Assembly (NCBI RefSeq): GCF_000018105.1
Contig: NC_009925.1
Location: 480,001 to 512,000, forward strand
Direction: 5' to 3'
Source: Acaryochloris marina MBIC11017
GTDB lineage: Bacteria; Cyanobacteriota; Cyanobacteriia; Thermosynechococcales; Thermosynechococcaceae
Length of the DNA: 32,000 nt
The notes below the pieces were generated by a model. That model worked only from the letters and a program-made list of their open reading frames with translations, ran no database searches and was not told the DNA's origin. Position 1 is the stretch's first letter. Each line of letters opens with the position of its first letter. A program made the position numbers and the translations under genes. This document shows positions 23,653 to 32,000 of the stretch, one piece after another.

Positions 23653-24182
23653 TGATCACCCTCTAGTATCAAAAGTTATGTTAATTCTTGCCAGATTGCC
23701 ATCAAGGCACTGATGACCATGTTTGGTAAGACTTTTAGCTTTAGAGCCAACAATAATTTCTATCGGTAATGTCATAAAACGATGACCTTCGCAGAGTCTG
23801 CACTTTAGGGATGTAAGTGCTATGCTCTGGGTGCAAGTGCACCGAAGAAATCGTCTAGGAGAAGGGTAGAACCTTTGTAGATTCCACTTGAAAAAAACCA
23901 CCTATACAATTGATGGGTGGTCTTCTGCGATCGCAGGAAGGATTCCCTCTCTCATAGAGCATTGTACACGGCGTTGACGCTTTTACTATGCTTGGTTTTA
24001 GAAATCATGTGTTTAATTTGCGACAGAGATTGCCGGGAGTCAGATGGGAATTCGCTATCCTGCCAGCATATATATTAGTGAATGATATCTATTTACTAGC
24101 GGCTGTTCCCAGTTAGATATTGGTGATACTTGATTGATCCCCCAATCGCTTCAACTCACAATTCCAGACCTAGTCCCTACAA

Positions 24183-24242
24183 AAATCACCAGCACCTCTA
24201 TCGATTGGAGCTAAAACGCTAAACAATAGAAGTGCTGGTGAT
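24183..24242. repeat. Hairpin A: 12-bp inverted repeat with 36-nt loop
   Basis: AATCACCAGCAC (24183-24194) pairs with GTGCTGGTGATT (24231-24242). Confidence 0.85.
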
Positions 24243-24244
24243 TC

Positions 24245-24305
24245 TGATATGTCAAAGCAGAATTGGGTGAAGTCAGTTGCCTCACCCAATTCTGCTTTGA
24301 CATAT
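24245..24305. repeat. Hairpin B: 25-bp perfect inverted repeat with 11-nt loop
   Basis: GATATGTCAAAGCAGAATTGGGTGA (24245-24269) pairs with TCACCCAATTCTGCTTTGACATATC (24281-24305). It lies 33 nt downstream of the stop of the 24339-24881 gene. Confidence 0.9.
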
Positions 24306-24338
24306 CATCGAGTCTTTTGAAAGAGCAATGCTGTCAAC

Positions 24339-24881
24339 CTAGGCAAACGCCACCTCATGGGACGCAAAACTGGGCTCAGGAGCAGAGGACTGTGAAGGGG
24401 CACTTGGCTTGCGGCCACCAGTCGATAATTGTTTCCAAGCTGTCGCCATTGTTGAAGGTAAAACCCCCACCAGCTTAGCCAAAACTTCATTGGGAATCAT
24501 TTGGATCTCATCTTGGTAAAAATGCTGAGTTAGCATTTCAAGTACTGCAACTGCTCGTTCGATGGGTAGATCTTTTTCACAAATTAGCTGCATCTGTTCG
24601 ATATCTTCCATTCTCCTTTGAAACGCGTTTTGGCGCTCATCCAACGTCTCAGGAGTACTGAGTTCAGCTTTGCCCAAAGGGTGAATCGTGACGCACTGGA
24701 GATCAAACATCCCACCTACGGCTGAACCCGGACCAATATACTCAGCATAATAAGGTTTTTGCAGAATGAGTCCTGCAGGGTAGCTCTCGGATAAGGATAA
24801 TAGTTGTCCTTCTTTCAGCATCTCAATAGGCTGCTTGTTCTCTGAATTGCCGGAATTATCATGTGAATGGATAACTTTCAT
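24339..24881 (-). CDS. Short Crp/Fnr-like DNA-binding protein (degenerate beta-barrel plus winged HTH), Pro/Ser-rich tail
   Basis: The segment PIERAVAVLEMLTQHFYQDEIQMIPNEVLAKLVGVLPSTMATAWKQL matches the Crp-family pattern: dimerisation helix, then an HTH of the type lt.e.lA.lvG..r.tv.r.l..L. The N-terminal 90 aa look beta-rich. The assignment is tentative. Confidence 0.4.
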   Translation of the reverse strand: MKVIHSHDNSGNSENKQPIEMLKEGQLLSLSESYPAGLILQKPYYAEYIGPGSAVGGMFDLQCVTIHPLGKAELSTPETLDERQNAFQRRMEDIEQMQLICEKDLPIERAVAVLEMLTQHFYQDEIQMIPNEVLAKLVGVLPSTMATAWKQLSTGGRKPSAPSQSSAPEPSFASHEVAFA

Positions 24882-25377
24882 ATGATTAATAAGGTGAAGT
24901 GACGATATGAGCGAGACGATGGGACTTGACTATTTCTGAAAACCTAAATGCTGCAAAACAAATGAACAAGAACGGCTCTTTCTCTAAATGCAGTGAGGTA
25001 TACAGTTTGTCTAAGAAATACGAATCTACTATTAATATCTTGCTCTACCCTCACAGAAATATCTTCCGTAGGATCACTGGAAAAATACTTCCGTAAATTC
25101 ACATAAGCCTTTTATAATCAGCTTTACAGAAACCGAATAGTTCGCTCGTTCCGTAATCTTGCGGAGAAAAAAACGAACGCTTTTCATATCTCAGATAACT
25201 TCTTATACATAGACAAAAGGTAAATATACAACTCAAACTCGTTTATATACCTCTGACTATTTATATCTTGGAAAAGAAGGTGCTACGGGAAATACTGAAA
25301 TTACGATAAAATTAAAATATTATTAACTTTTAATCCAAGATCTTTGTGGAAATTTTTCTCCTTCATAACACCCCTCG

Positions 25378-25902
25378 TTATTGGACAGAAGGTGATTGAG
25401 GCAGTATATATACAATGCCAGAAACGACTGTTAGGCATATCGATGCGGCATAAATTCCTAAGGAAACGGGTACCCACACCCCTGACAAAGGTGCAATTAA
25501 GAAAGAGACGGCAATAATCTGCAGAACAGTTTTAACTTTGCCCCACCAATTGGCTCCTGAAATTTGGGTTTGCTGGACGCGCCATCCAGCAATGGCTAAC
25601 TCTCGAGTCAGAATAATCACCACACTCCAAGCAGGGATCTGGCCTAATTCGACTAGTGCAATTAAGGGGCCCAAAATCAGTAACTTATCTACAAGGGGAT
25701 CGAGGAATTTTCCCAGATCGGTCACTTGATCGAATTTACGGGCCAGATAACCATCTAACCAGTCAGTGCTAGCAGCCACAATAAAGATGGCTAAACAAAT
25801 CCAGCGGGCAGAGAAATTCTCCGCAATACCGTCCTGTAAACCATAGAGCAAAAAGGGTAGAGCAAACAATCGGGAAATCGTGATCCAAGTGGCAAGGGTC
25901 AT
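25378..25902 (-). CDS. pgsA: CDP-diacylglycerol--glycerol-3-phosphate 3-phosphatidyltransferase
   Basis: CDP-alcohol phosphatidyltransferase motif DWLDGYLARKFDQVTDLGKFLDPLVDK (D-G-x2-A-R-x8-G-x3-D-x3-D). It is a multi-TM protein of 174 aa, and its start is 6 nt after the tamB stop. Confidence 0.9.
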   Translation of the reverse strand: MTLATWITISRLFALPFLLYGLQDGIAENFSARWICLAIFIVAASTDWLDGYLARKFDQVTDLGKFLDPLVDKLLILGPLIALVELGQIPAWSVVIILTRELAIAGWRVQQTQISGANWWGKVKTVLQIIAVSFLIAPLSGVWVPVSLGIYAASICLTVVSGIVYILPQSPSVQ

Positions 25903-25908
25903 AGGGTG

Positions 25909-28900
25909 TCAAAAACGAATGCGATATTCGAGAATGCCAACAGCTTCTCCATCAGTACTGATAGCACTTCGCACCCGTAGTTGTTCATTAATGTCGTAAC
26001 TCGCATTAAATAAAGTGGCTTCATCTAGTCCCGTTAAGATTTGCAAGGCCGACACGGAGAATCGATCCGTCACGTCATAACCCAATTCGGCTCCAAATGC
26101 CAACACAGACTGATCTTGGTCATCATTGGGAATTAATACGGGGAACAAGCGGAAGCTGGCCCGTGTTCCCAAGGCATCGGAGAATAATCCTTCAAATCCG
26201 GTTAGAAATGCCGAACTAGCCAAGTTAACTAAGGCAAGTTCAGTATTCCCATCTTCTAAATTATTGGTAACACTCCCCCCCAACAAAGCTAGGATTTCTC
26301 CCTCCGAACGGCTGGGCGTGCTTGTCAACTGCACCACTTGATTAAAGTTATTGACCAGCTCACTAGCCCGTCCTTCCACTGTTGCCCGGACGCGCACCGA
26401 TTCAATGGCCCCGATTCGGCCTGCAGGGAGGTCCTCAAACTCATTCAGTTCCGTGGCCCGCCCTCCAGCAATGTCTGTGGCGGTCGTCACCATGCCAATG
26501 CTAAGAAAAGGATCCAACCCCAAGCTCGGATCGAATTCGGCAAAATTATCTCGACGCGAATCAATCCGAAAACGGCTAGTAAATAGATTGACAGACCCCT
26601 GACGAAATCGAATCCTACCGGCAGGACGAGGGGCATTCACCGAACCATTCGCAGTGACGTTACCCGCCGCAACAAAGCTAAGCAAGGGGGGCTGAGTAAC
26701 CCGAACATTATTATTGAGCTGAACTTGCAGATTGTTAAATTCCAGAGGAGTGGTTTGTCCAAATTGGCCTGGAGCACTAGATGAGGCCACGTTGACATCA
26801 GCCAAAATAACTTGGCCATTGGTTAAGGCCATTACGCCCCCCAATTGAGGGGCTAGCAGGGAGCCAGAAATCTTCAGATCGCCATCAATTTGACCTTTAT
26901 ACAGTCCTTTGACATTGAGTTTGAGGGCTTTAAGCGCTAGTTGCAGCGATGCAGAAGAGGGAGGAGGCTCGGAAACAAATAAGGGGAGGCTGCCCGAAGC
27001 CTCCAGTTCGCCCTGGCTATAGAGGCCAATCAGGCGGTTAATCCGTAATTGATTGCGATCGAATTGAATGGTTCCGGTAACGTTGGTGAGGGGTTCAAAT
27101 AATAGATCAGATGTCAGTGTGGCCTGGTTTAACTGGATACTCCCCTGCATGGAAGGTTGGGTTAGGGTACCAGTGACATTGAGATCGATTTCTCCCTGAC
27201 CCTCTACCCAATTAAGCTGATCTGTAAATAAGTTAATCAGAGATAGGCCATCATCCTTCACTTTCAGAGATACGTCCAGGGCATCACTATCCGGTCCCAC
27301 CGCAGTCAAGGGTAATTGATAGGGGATATTTCCTGTAAATCTGAAGGGAAGAGCCTCTGAGCCGCCCTCAAAGGTCAATCGCCCCCGGTTATAAGCAAAG
27401 GTTGTTCGAGCTTGATTGAGTGCCAGGGTATTCACCCTAGCCTCATCCCAATTCAGTTCACCCTGGAGACGTGGGTCGGCTAAAGTGCCAGCAAGGGTTG
27501 CCGTTCCATTCACCGTACCCGCAACCTCAAAGGGCAAATCGAGAAATTGATTCAGTCCTTGCAAAGGTAAATTCTTTAGGGTTAGCTGGCCGGACTGCTG
27601 CTGAAGACCAATCGTTCCCTGGAACTTGGCTTCCTGTTTTCCCGTTGCCACCAACAAAGGCCGGAGTTTTAAGCTGCCATCTGTATATTGCCCTTGTGCC
27701 GTAATACGATCAATGGCATAGTCCCCCCACTTCAAGGCTTTACTCTGCAGCGCAAAACGAGTATCTAGACCTGATTGTAGAGACCCTGAAAACTGTAGTC
27801 GGCCTGCCAGCTTACCGGATAATTCATTTAAATCGGGAAATAGAGGGTCTGGAGGAGCGTCAGCTTGTTGTTGCGTCGCCAAGGCATCTAACTCAGACAG
27901 GCGGCGAAGCTGCATCATTAAAGACTCTTGGGCGGAGCCAACGGGAAGGGTTTCAACATCTTTGGCTTTCCCTCGAGGCTGATCTGGAAGCGCTGATGGG
28001 TTGAGATTGAGGGATGTTGCCGCAGCGACCAAATCGGCAATTTCGGTTTGGCGAATGTTGAGAGTCCCTGAAAATTTGGGATTAATGCCAGGGATAACGT
28101 TGGCTTGGAGCTGGTATAGGTTGTTGCGATCGCGTAATTCACCTTGTTGCAACTGAATGGTATCGCTCGTCAGTTGAAACCGACCTAAAAATTGATCGCC
28201 CACTAATTTGCCCAGGGCAGGACGGGTCACCGCAAGGGTGCCAGCCCCCGCATAGGTGGTGGGATTAAGCGAGAATTCACCTGATGAGAGGCCAGAGATC
28301 GGCCCAAGGTTATCAACGGGCTTCCAGTTTAAGGCTGCGAGGGGAACCTCTTGAAACGCAAGGTTTAGCTTACCCTGCTCCGTTTTGCCTTTCGCCCAGG
28401 CTTGATCGCGACGGATATCAAAGGCGGTGGGTAATTGATTGGAATTTAATGCGAGGTTAATGCGATCTCGTTGTCCCGATACGCGTAAATCTAGCTTGGC
28501 CTGCTGTCCATACAGCATCTTGCCCTTGAGTTGATTTTCAAAGGGAATCCCTCCGACCAATAAGTTATTGATTTGTACTGTGGACTCTAAATAGGGATCC
28601 GCCACAGTCCCCGTGAGTTGCCCCACGAGGTTGGCTCGCCCCGCCATTTTGACCTGTGTAGGGCCAAAGGGAGGAAATAATCCCAAATCGTAACCCCGAG
28701 AACGGACTGCCAGATTAAGGGTCGTCAGCTGAGGACCTTGGGGCGTGTCAAAATCCAAGCCCACTTGGCCTTGAGACCAAAACCCTGGGGCTGTGGCTTG
28801 ATCCACCAAAATTTGCTGTCCATCCCATCGCAGTTGGGCAGCGATGGGATCGTAGACAATGGCAATCCCATCAGAAAAGCGGGCCTGCCCTTTTACTCTG

Positions 28901-31095
28901 GCTGTATTGACGCTAAAGCCATCAAAAGGTCCAGTAATCCTAAGTTGTCCCGTCATGAGTCCCCGAGCATCAGGGGTATAAGCCTTTAGGGCTACTCCTG
29001 ACGTCGTCGTTGTGACGTTGACCCGATTATCTTTAATCTGACCTTGGGTCCGCAGTTCTCCCCCCGGAATCTGAGTGACAATCCGTCTGAGTTGAGCAAT
29101 GCTATCGCGAACAAAAACATTTCCCCTAGTCGGGAATTGTCCCTTCAGAGCTTGAAAATCGACATTGGTACGGATATCGTCTGGGGGACCAAATATCTTA
29201 ATCTGTCCTTGGAGGGGACCCAAGGGAAAACCCGGATCGGCTTGGTAGGACTGGGCAATCCCATTCCCGGGGATATTGCTGGCTTCAAGTTGGGTTAATA
29301 ACTGTCCCCCTGGCTCAACGTTAAAGCGTGCTGTCCCTCGAAACTGTCCCCCTGCCGTGGGCTCAGCTTTGATGTCCTCCATTTTTAGCAAGGCATCAGC
29401 CAATTGGAACTGAGCTGTCAGTTGTTTAAACGGTACCCGATCCACCTTTGGTTGCTTTGCCAATTGAACTGAACCCGAAAAAATGGGTTGGTCAATGGCA
29501 CCATCAAATCGGAGATTATCCCCTTTGAACTGTCCCGTCACGGGAAACGGTAAACCTGTGACTTGGAGGGTTTCCAGGGTGGGTTGAGCGGCTACCCACT
29601 CTGTCTGCCCCACCAAGCTATAGCCGCGATCTGGGTCGATCCAGCCCGTAGCCTGCATGGGGATCTGCCCATAGTCCCCCTTGAGCCCTTCTAGGCGCAC
29701 GGCGATTCCTTTAAATCGCAGAAATCCGCGTACACGACTGAAGGGTTGAGGAACATTGACAATTCCCATCTCAACACGTTTGAGTAGGGCCGTACCTTGG
29801 ACATCCGGACGCTGTTTGGGACGGAGTTTTACCCGAATGCTGGCACTGACTTGCCCCGAATCTGCGGTGATGGGGAGTTGAAAGGCTTGGTCAAATAGGG
29901 GCGCTGGCAGATTCTGAAGCTGCAAGCGCATATTGGTCTGTTGTTCTAGGAAGGAGGCAGTGCCTCTAGCTTTCAGTCGCCCTGTTTGACCCATCCGTCC
30001 CTGGAGATCAAAGCGAAACCGCTGTTTGAGCCCCAGGAAATCAACGGTCCCCTGGAGTTGGGACAAACGGCGAGGCCGCTGACGTCGGTTATCGAGGATT
30101 AGATCTTCAGGAACATCTGCCCTTGCTCCATCAATATAGGCCTCTCCCTTCAGCTCCACCGGACGCTGAGGGGGCACCTCGATGCGAACATCGGTGCGAA
30201 TGTTGTTGGCTTGGACCCGAATGGCTTGCCTGGGAATCCAAATATCCCCTTGGGATAAGGTGGCATCAGAATGAATGGTTACGGGGTGTTGGGGAAGCAG
30301 TTTGACCTGAAATTGCCCCTGTAATTGTCCTTTGTTGATTTCGAACGGAAGCTTGGGCAGTAGGCCCATCAAAGGAGCAGCCACGAGGTCCTTTGTTTGG
30401 GCATTCACCTCTAACTTTTTCTGTTTGGATTGCCATGCCCCTTTAACAGAAAGTTGGCCCCCCGAATCCACCTGGCTTTGGGTATTGAAGTATAGGGTTT
30501 CTGGGGTTGAGAAATTAAGGGTGCCGTTGAGCTGGCTAAATTGCCGAGCCTCGATGTTGGCCGGTTCAATCTGAGCCGTTCCCTGCTGCACCTGAAGCTG
30601 ATTTAGTTTGACTTTAATCCAAGCCTTTGATGGTCCAGAGCGAAGTCGCGTCGCAATCCATTCCCCATCCTGGGTCTGGTCGAGGTACAGCTGGGGTTTG
30701 ATCAGTGTTGCCTCTAGAGGCAGTTTGCGGCTCCAGAGAACTGGCAACAGGTTGAACCGGATATCAACAGCTTCCATTTTGGCGGAGTCAGCGTCTTCTT
30801 TCGCACATCCTTGCTGGGGCGAACAAGCCGGAATCTCCGACGGTCCAAACCGAATATGGGTGAGGGAGTAATTTTGTACCTCCCCCATTTTGACGGGCCG
30901 ATTTAAAGTTTTGCTCAGCTCCTCTGCCACAAGGGGGGTTAAGTCTTCATCAATAAATCTCAACACCCACCAGCTCACCCCTGCGATCGCAGCCAGTAAC
31001 AACCCAACTACAATGAGCAGAACGTGAAGACGAGTGAAGTGTCGATGGGGAGGAGATGGACGAGAAGCTTGCCCGGGAGGGGAAGGTTGGGGCAT
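25909..31095 (-). CDS. tamB: TamB-like translocation and assembly module protein (DUF490/AsmA-like; cyanobacterial homologue of plant TIC236), 1728 aa
   Basis: Single N-terminal TM (LHVLLIVVGLLLAAIAGVSWWVL), then a very long repetitive beta-rich body with G/Q/L-rich repeats. The C-terminal DUF490-like end reads VQLTSTPSRSEGEILALLGG ... YDINEQLRVRS...LEYRIRF. Confidence 0.85.
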   Translation of the reverse strand: MPQPSPPGQASRPSPPHRHFTRLHVLLIVVGLLLAAIAGVSWWVLRFIDEDLTPLVAEELSKTLNRPVKMGEVQNYSLTHIRFGPSEIPACSPQQGCAKEDADSAKMEAVDIRFNLLPVLWSRKLPLEATLIKPQLYLDQTQDGEWIATRLRSGPSKAWIKVKLNQLQVQQGTAQIEPANIEARQFSQLNGTLNFSTPETLYFNTQSQVDSGGQLSVKGAWQSKQKKLEVNAQTKDLVAAPLMGLLPKLPFEINKGQLQGQFQVKLLPQHPVTIHSDATLSQGDIWIPRQAIRVQANNIRTDVRIEVPPQRPVELKGEAYIDGARADVPEDLILDNRRQRPRRLSQLQGTVDFLGLKQRFRFDLQGRMGQTGRLKARGTASFLEQQTNMRLQLQNLPAPLFDQAFQLPITADSGQVSASIRVKLRPKQRPDVQGTALLKRVEMGIVNVPQPFSRVRGFLRFKGIAVRLEGLKGDYGQIPMQATGWIDPDRGYSLVGQTEWVAAQPTLETLQVTGLPFPVTGQFKGDNLRFDGAIDQPIFSGSVQLAKQPKVDRVPFKQLTAQFQLADALLKMEDIKAEPTAGGQFRGTARFNVEPGGQLLTQLEASNIPGNGIAQSYQADPGFPLGPLQGQIKIFGPPDDIRTNVDFQALKGQFPTRGNVFVRDSIAQLRRIVTQIPGGELRTQGQIKDNRVNVTTTTSGVALKAYTPDARGLMTGQLRITGPFDGFSVNTARVKGQARFSDGIAIVYDPIAAQLRWDGQQILVDQATAPGFWSQGQVGLDFDTPQGPQLTTLNLAVRSRGYDLGLFPPFGPTQVKMAGRANLVGQLTGTVADPYLESTVQINNLLVGGIPFENQLKGKMLYGQQAKLDLRVSGQRDRINLALNSNQLPTAFDIRRDQAWAKGKTEQGKLNLAFQEVPLAALNWKPVDNLGPISGLSSGEFSLNPTTYAGAGTLAVTRPALGKLVGDQFLGRFQLTSDTIQLQQGELRDRNNLYQLQANVIPGINPKFSGTLNIRQTEIADLVAAATSLNLNPSALPDQPRGKAKDVETLPVGSAQESLMMQLRRLSELDALATQQQADAPPDPLFPDLNELSGKLAGRLQFSGSLQSGLDTRFALQSKALKWGDYAIDRITAQGQYTDGSLKLRPLLVATGKQEAKFQGTIGLQQQSGQLTLKNLPLQGLNQFLDLPFEVAGTVNGTATLAGTLADPRLQGELNWDEARVNTLALNQARTTFAYNRGRLTFEGGSEALPFRFTGNIPYQLPLTAVGPDSDALDVSLKVKDDGLSLINLFTDQLNWVEGQGEIDLNVTGTLTQPSMQGSIQLNQATLTSDLLFEPLTNVTGTIQFDRNQLRINRLIGLYSQGELEASGSLPLFVSEPPPSSASLQLALKALKLNVKGLYKGQIDGDLKISGSLLAPQLGGVMALTNGQVILADVNVASSSAPGQFGQTTPLEFNNLQVQLNNNVRVTQPPLLSFVAAGNVTANGSVNAPRPAGRIRFRQGSVNLFTSRFRIDSRRDNFAEFDPSLGLDPFLSIGMVTTATDIAGGRATELNEFEDLPAGRIGAIESVRVRATVEGRASELVNNFNQVVQLTSTPSRSEGEILALLGGSVTNNLEDGNTELALVNLASSAFLTGFEGLFSDALGTRASFRLFPVLIPNDDQDQSVLAFGAELGYDVTDRFSVSALQILTGLDEATLFNASYDINEQLRVRSAISTDGEAVGILEYRIRF

Positions 31096-31423
31096 GACAT
31101 CCCTCAGAGGGGTACCGTTGACAGATAAGTAGTGGGCCCTTTAACTCAAAATCTGAATCAATGAACTGTAACCTTATTACAGAAGGCTTTTTTAAGGGTT
31201 AGTTCCTCAACAATTTATAAAGTGCAACAGAATTAAAAATGATTTGAATCAAGTAACCCTCTTCAGATATTCTGTCCCCCAAGCAAATGTTGAGTCTGAC
31301 TCACCATGGGTTAGCCTTGTTATCATTGCCCTGACAAAGAACGATTATAGAGGTAAATGTTATTCTTGTTCAGCACCCTCTAGTGGTCGATAAAAGGTAT
31401 ATATAAGATTTCAACTCAGGATC

Positions 31424-31804
31424 ATGCGTGTATTTGTTTTGTTATTTAATGCTGGAACTGAGAACGAGGGCATTCACTCCTTACAAAAGCAGGTTTCCAC
31501 CGATGAAGGCAGTTATACACAAGATGTAGTTCTGGCTTTTGAAGAGGAAGACGACGCCACTCGCTTTGCCTTAATGCTGGAAGCTCAAGATTTTCCAGCA
31601 GCCACGGTGGAGGGATTTGATCAAGAAGAGATTGAAGCATTTTGCGACAGTGCGGGCTTAGAACTGGAATTAATTCCCGTGGGCTCCCTTGCTGTACCGC
31701 CAGAGGCTAATGTCGATAAAACAGACTGGCAACCGGATCAACCGGAAGCCGATGTTAATGATTTAGATCAAATTCGTCGTCGCTTAGAGAATCTGCTGGA
31801 TTAA
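31424..31804 (+). CDS. DUF3110-family protein (cyanobacteria/plastid lineage)
   Basis: The N-terminus RVFVLLFNAGTENEGIHSL and VLAFEEEDDATRFALMLEAQDFP match my memory of DUF3110, with an acidic C-terminus. Confidence 0.65.
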   Translation: MRVFVLLFNAGTENEGIHSLQKQVSTDEGSYTQDVVLAFEEEDDATRFALMLEAQDFPAATVEGFDQEEIEAFCDSAGLELELIPVGSLAVPPEANVDKTDWQPDQPEADVNDLDQIRRRLENLLD

Positions 31805-31829
31805 CCCGTTACGGTCTGCAAGGGTTTCC

Positions 31830-32000
31830 ATGCTGGGTTACTTTCTAGTTGTTGTCATTATTATTTTGGGTGGTGCGATCGCGACTTTGGGCGATCGGAT
31901 TGGTTCGAAGGTGGGCAAAGCTCGCCTCAGCCTCTTCAACCTCCGTCCTAAAAATACTGCCATTGTCATTACGATCATGACGGGTGCAGTGATTTCTGCC
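31830..32000 (+). CDS. DUF3084-like membrane protein, 5' fragment (runs off the window)
   Basis: My translation from ATG 31830 is MLGYFLVVVIIILGGAIATLGDRIGSKVGKARLSLFNLRPKNTAIVITIMTGAVISA. The frame stays open to the window end, and the GDRIGSKVGK...LRP..TA pattern is as I recall for DUF3084. Confidence 0.55.
   Translation, partial: MLGYFLVVVIIILGGAIATLGDRIGSKVGKARLSLFNLRPKNTAIVITIMTGAVISA

Noticed and set aside
23656-23901. 81-aa minus-strand ORF immediately upstream of psbO.
   Set aside because: It occupies the expected psbO promoter and 5' UTR and ends 3 nt before the psbO start. It is Cys/Arg-rich with no family features and is probably spurious.
23974-24030. Plus-strand promoter (TTGACG at 23974) and a 23-codon Cys-rich mini-ORF (ATG 24007) that would make hairpins A/B the end of an sRNA or micropeptide transcript.
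   Set aside because: There is no acceptable -10 at 16-18 nt spacing, and the mini-ORF has no RBS. This is speculation only and is mentioned under the hairpin finding.
24263-24490. Short ORFs (71 aa plus strand, 61 aa minus strand) overlapping hairpin B and the 3' end of the Crp-like gene.
   Set aside because: They are antisense or alternative-frame ORFs running through a perfect palindrome. They are sequence artefacts of the repeat.
26126-30871. About ten plus-strand ORFs of 60-87 aa inside tamB, and similar antisense ORFs inside the kinase, GGDEF-EAL, psbO, fmt and transposase genes.
   Set aside because: All are embedded antisense in long, well-supported genes of high coding quality. They are typical shadow ORFs.
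1-32000. CRISPR arrays, tRNA/rRNA genes, retron or DGR reverse transcriptases, and toxin-antitoxin or known defence-system genes.
   Set aside because: By eye I found no regularly spaced direct repeats, cloverleaf-like sequences or RT/nuclease signatures. tRNAscan-SE, Infernal and CRISPR-finder runs would be needed to exclude them formally.

Overview
This is a cyanobacterial chromosomal segment. Supporting evidence: psbO, Ni-superoxide dismutase sodN/sodX, DUF3110/DUF3084 genes and nine HIP1 palindromes (GCGATCGC). The first ~5 kb is an IS hotspot. It holds a complete IS5-family element with an A8 frameshift site (297-1250). It also holds a nested IS-in-IS: an IS5/IS1182-like element (2048-3744) inserted into the transposase gene of an IS4-superfamily element (1736-4926). 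Both nested insertions have clean target-site duplications. The rest is mostly housekeeping or regulatory: sodN-sodX, a JAB/MPN + MoeB(ThiF)-rhodanese pair, a NarL-type two-component system, a Cache-HAMP-GGDEF-EAL protein, fmt, a group-3 sigma factor, psbO, a Crp-like regulator and tamB-pgsA. Two gene sets are the best candidates for undescribed chemistry. (i) A tightly coupled four-gene operon (11319-15108) encodes a small phosphoglycosyl transferase, a PhyH-type Fe(II)/2OG dioxygenase and two tandem FemABX-fold transferases. It has no glycosyltransferase, flippase or polymerase, and is flanked by the two-component system and the c-di-GMP protein. (ii) An AGAT-like amidinotransferase is translationally coupled to an HSL-type esterase (18480-20607), preceded by a long leader with a well-formed two-hairpin element. 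A tandem hairpin module with a 25-bp perfect inverted repeat lies at 24183-24305. I saw no rRNA, tRNA or CRISPR array by eye. All family assignments come from motif recognition, not searches.
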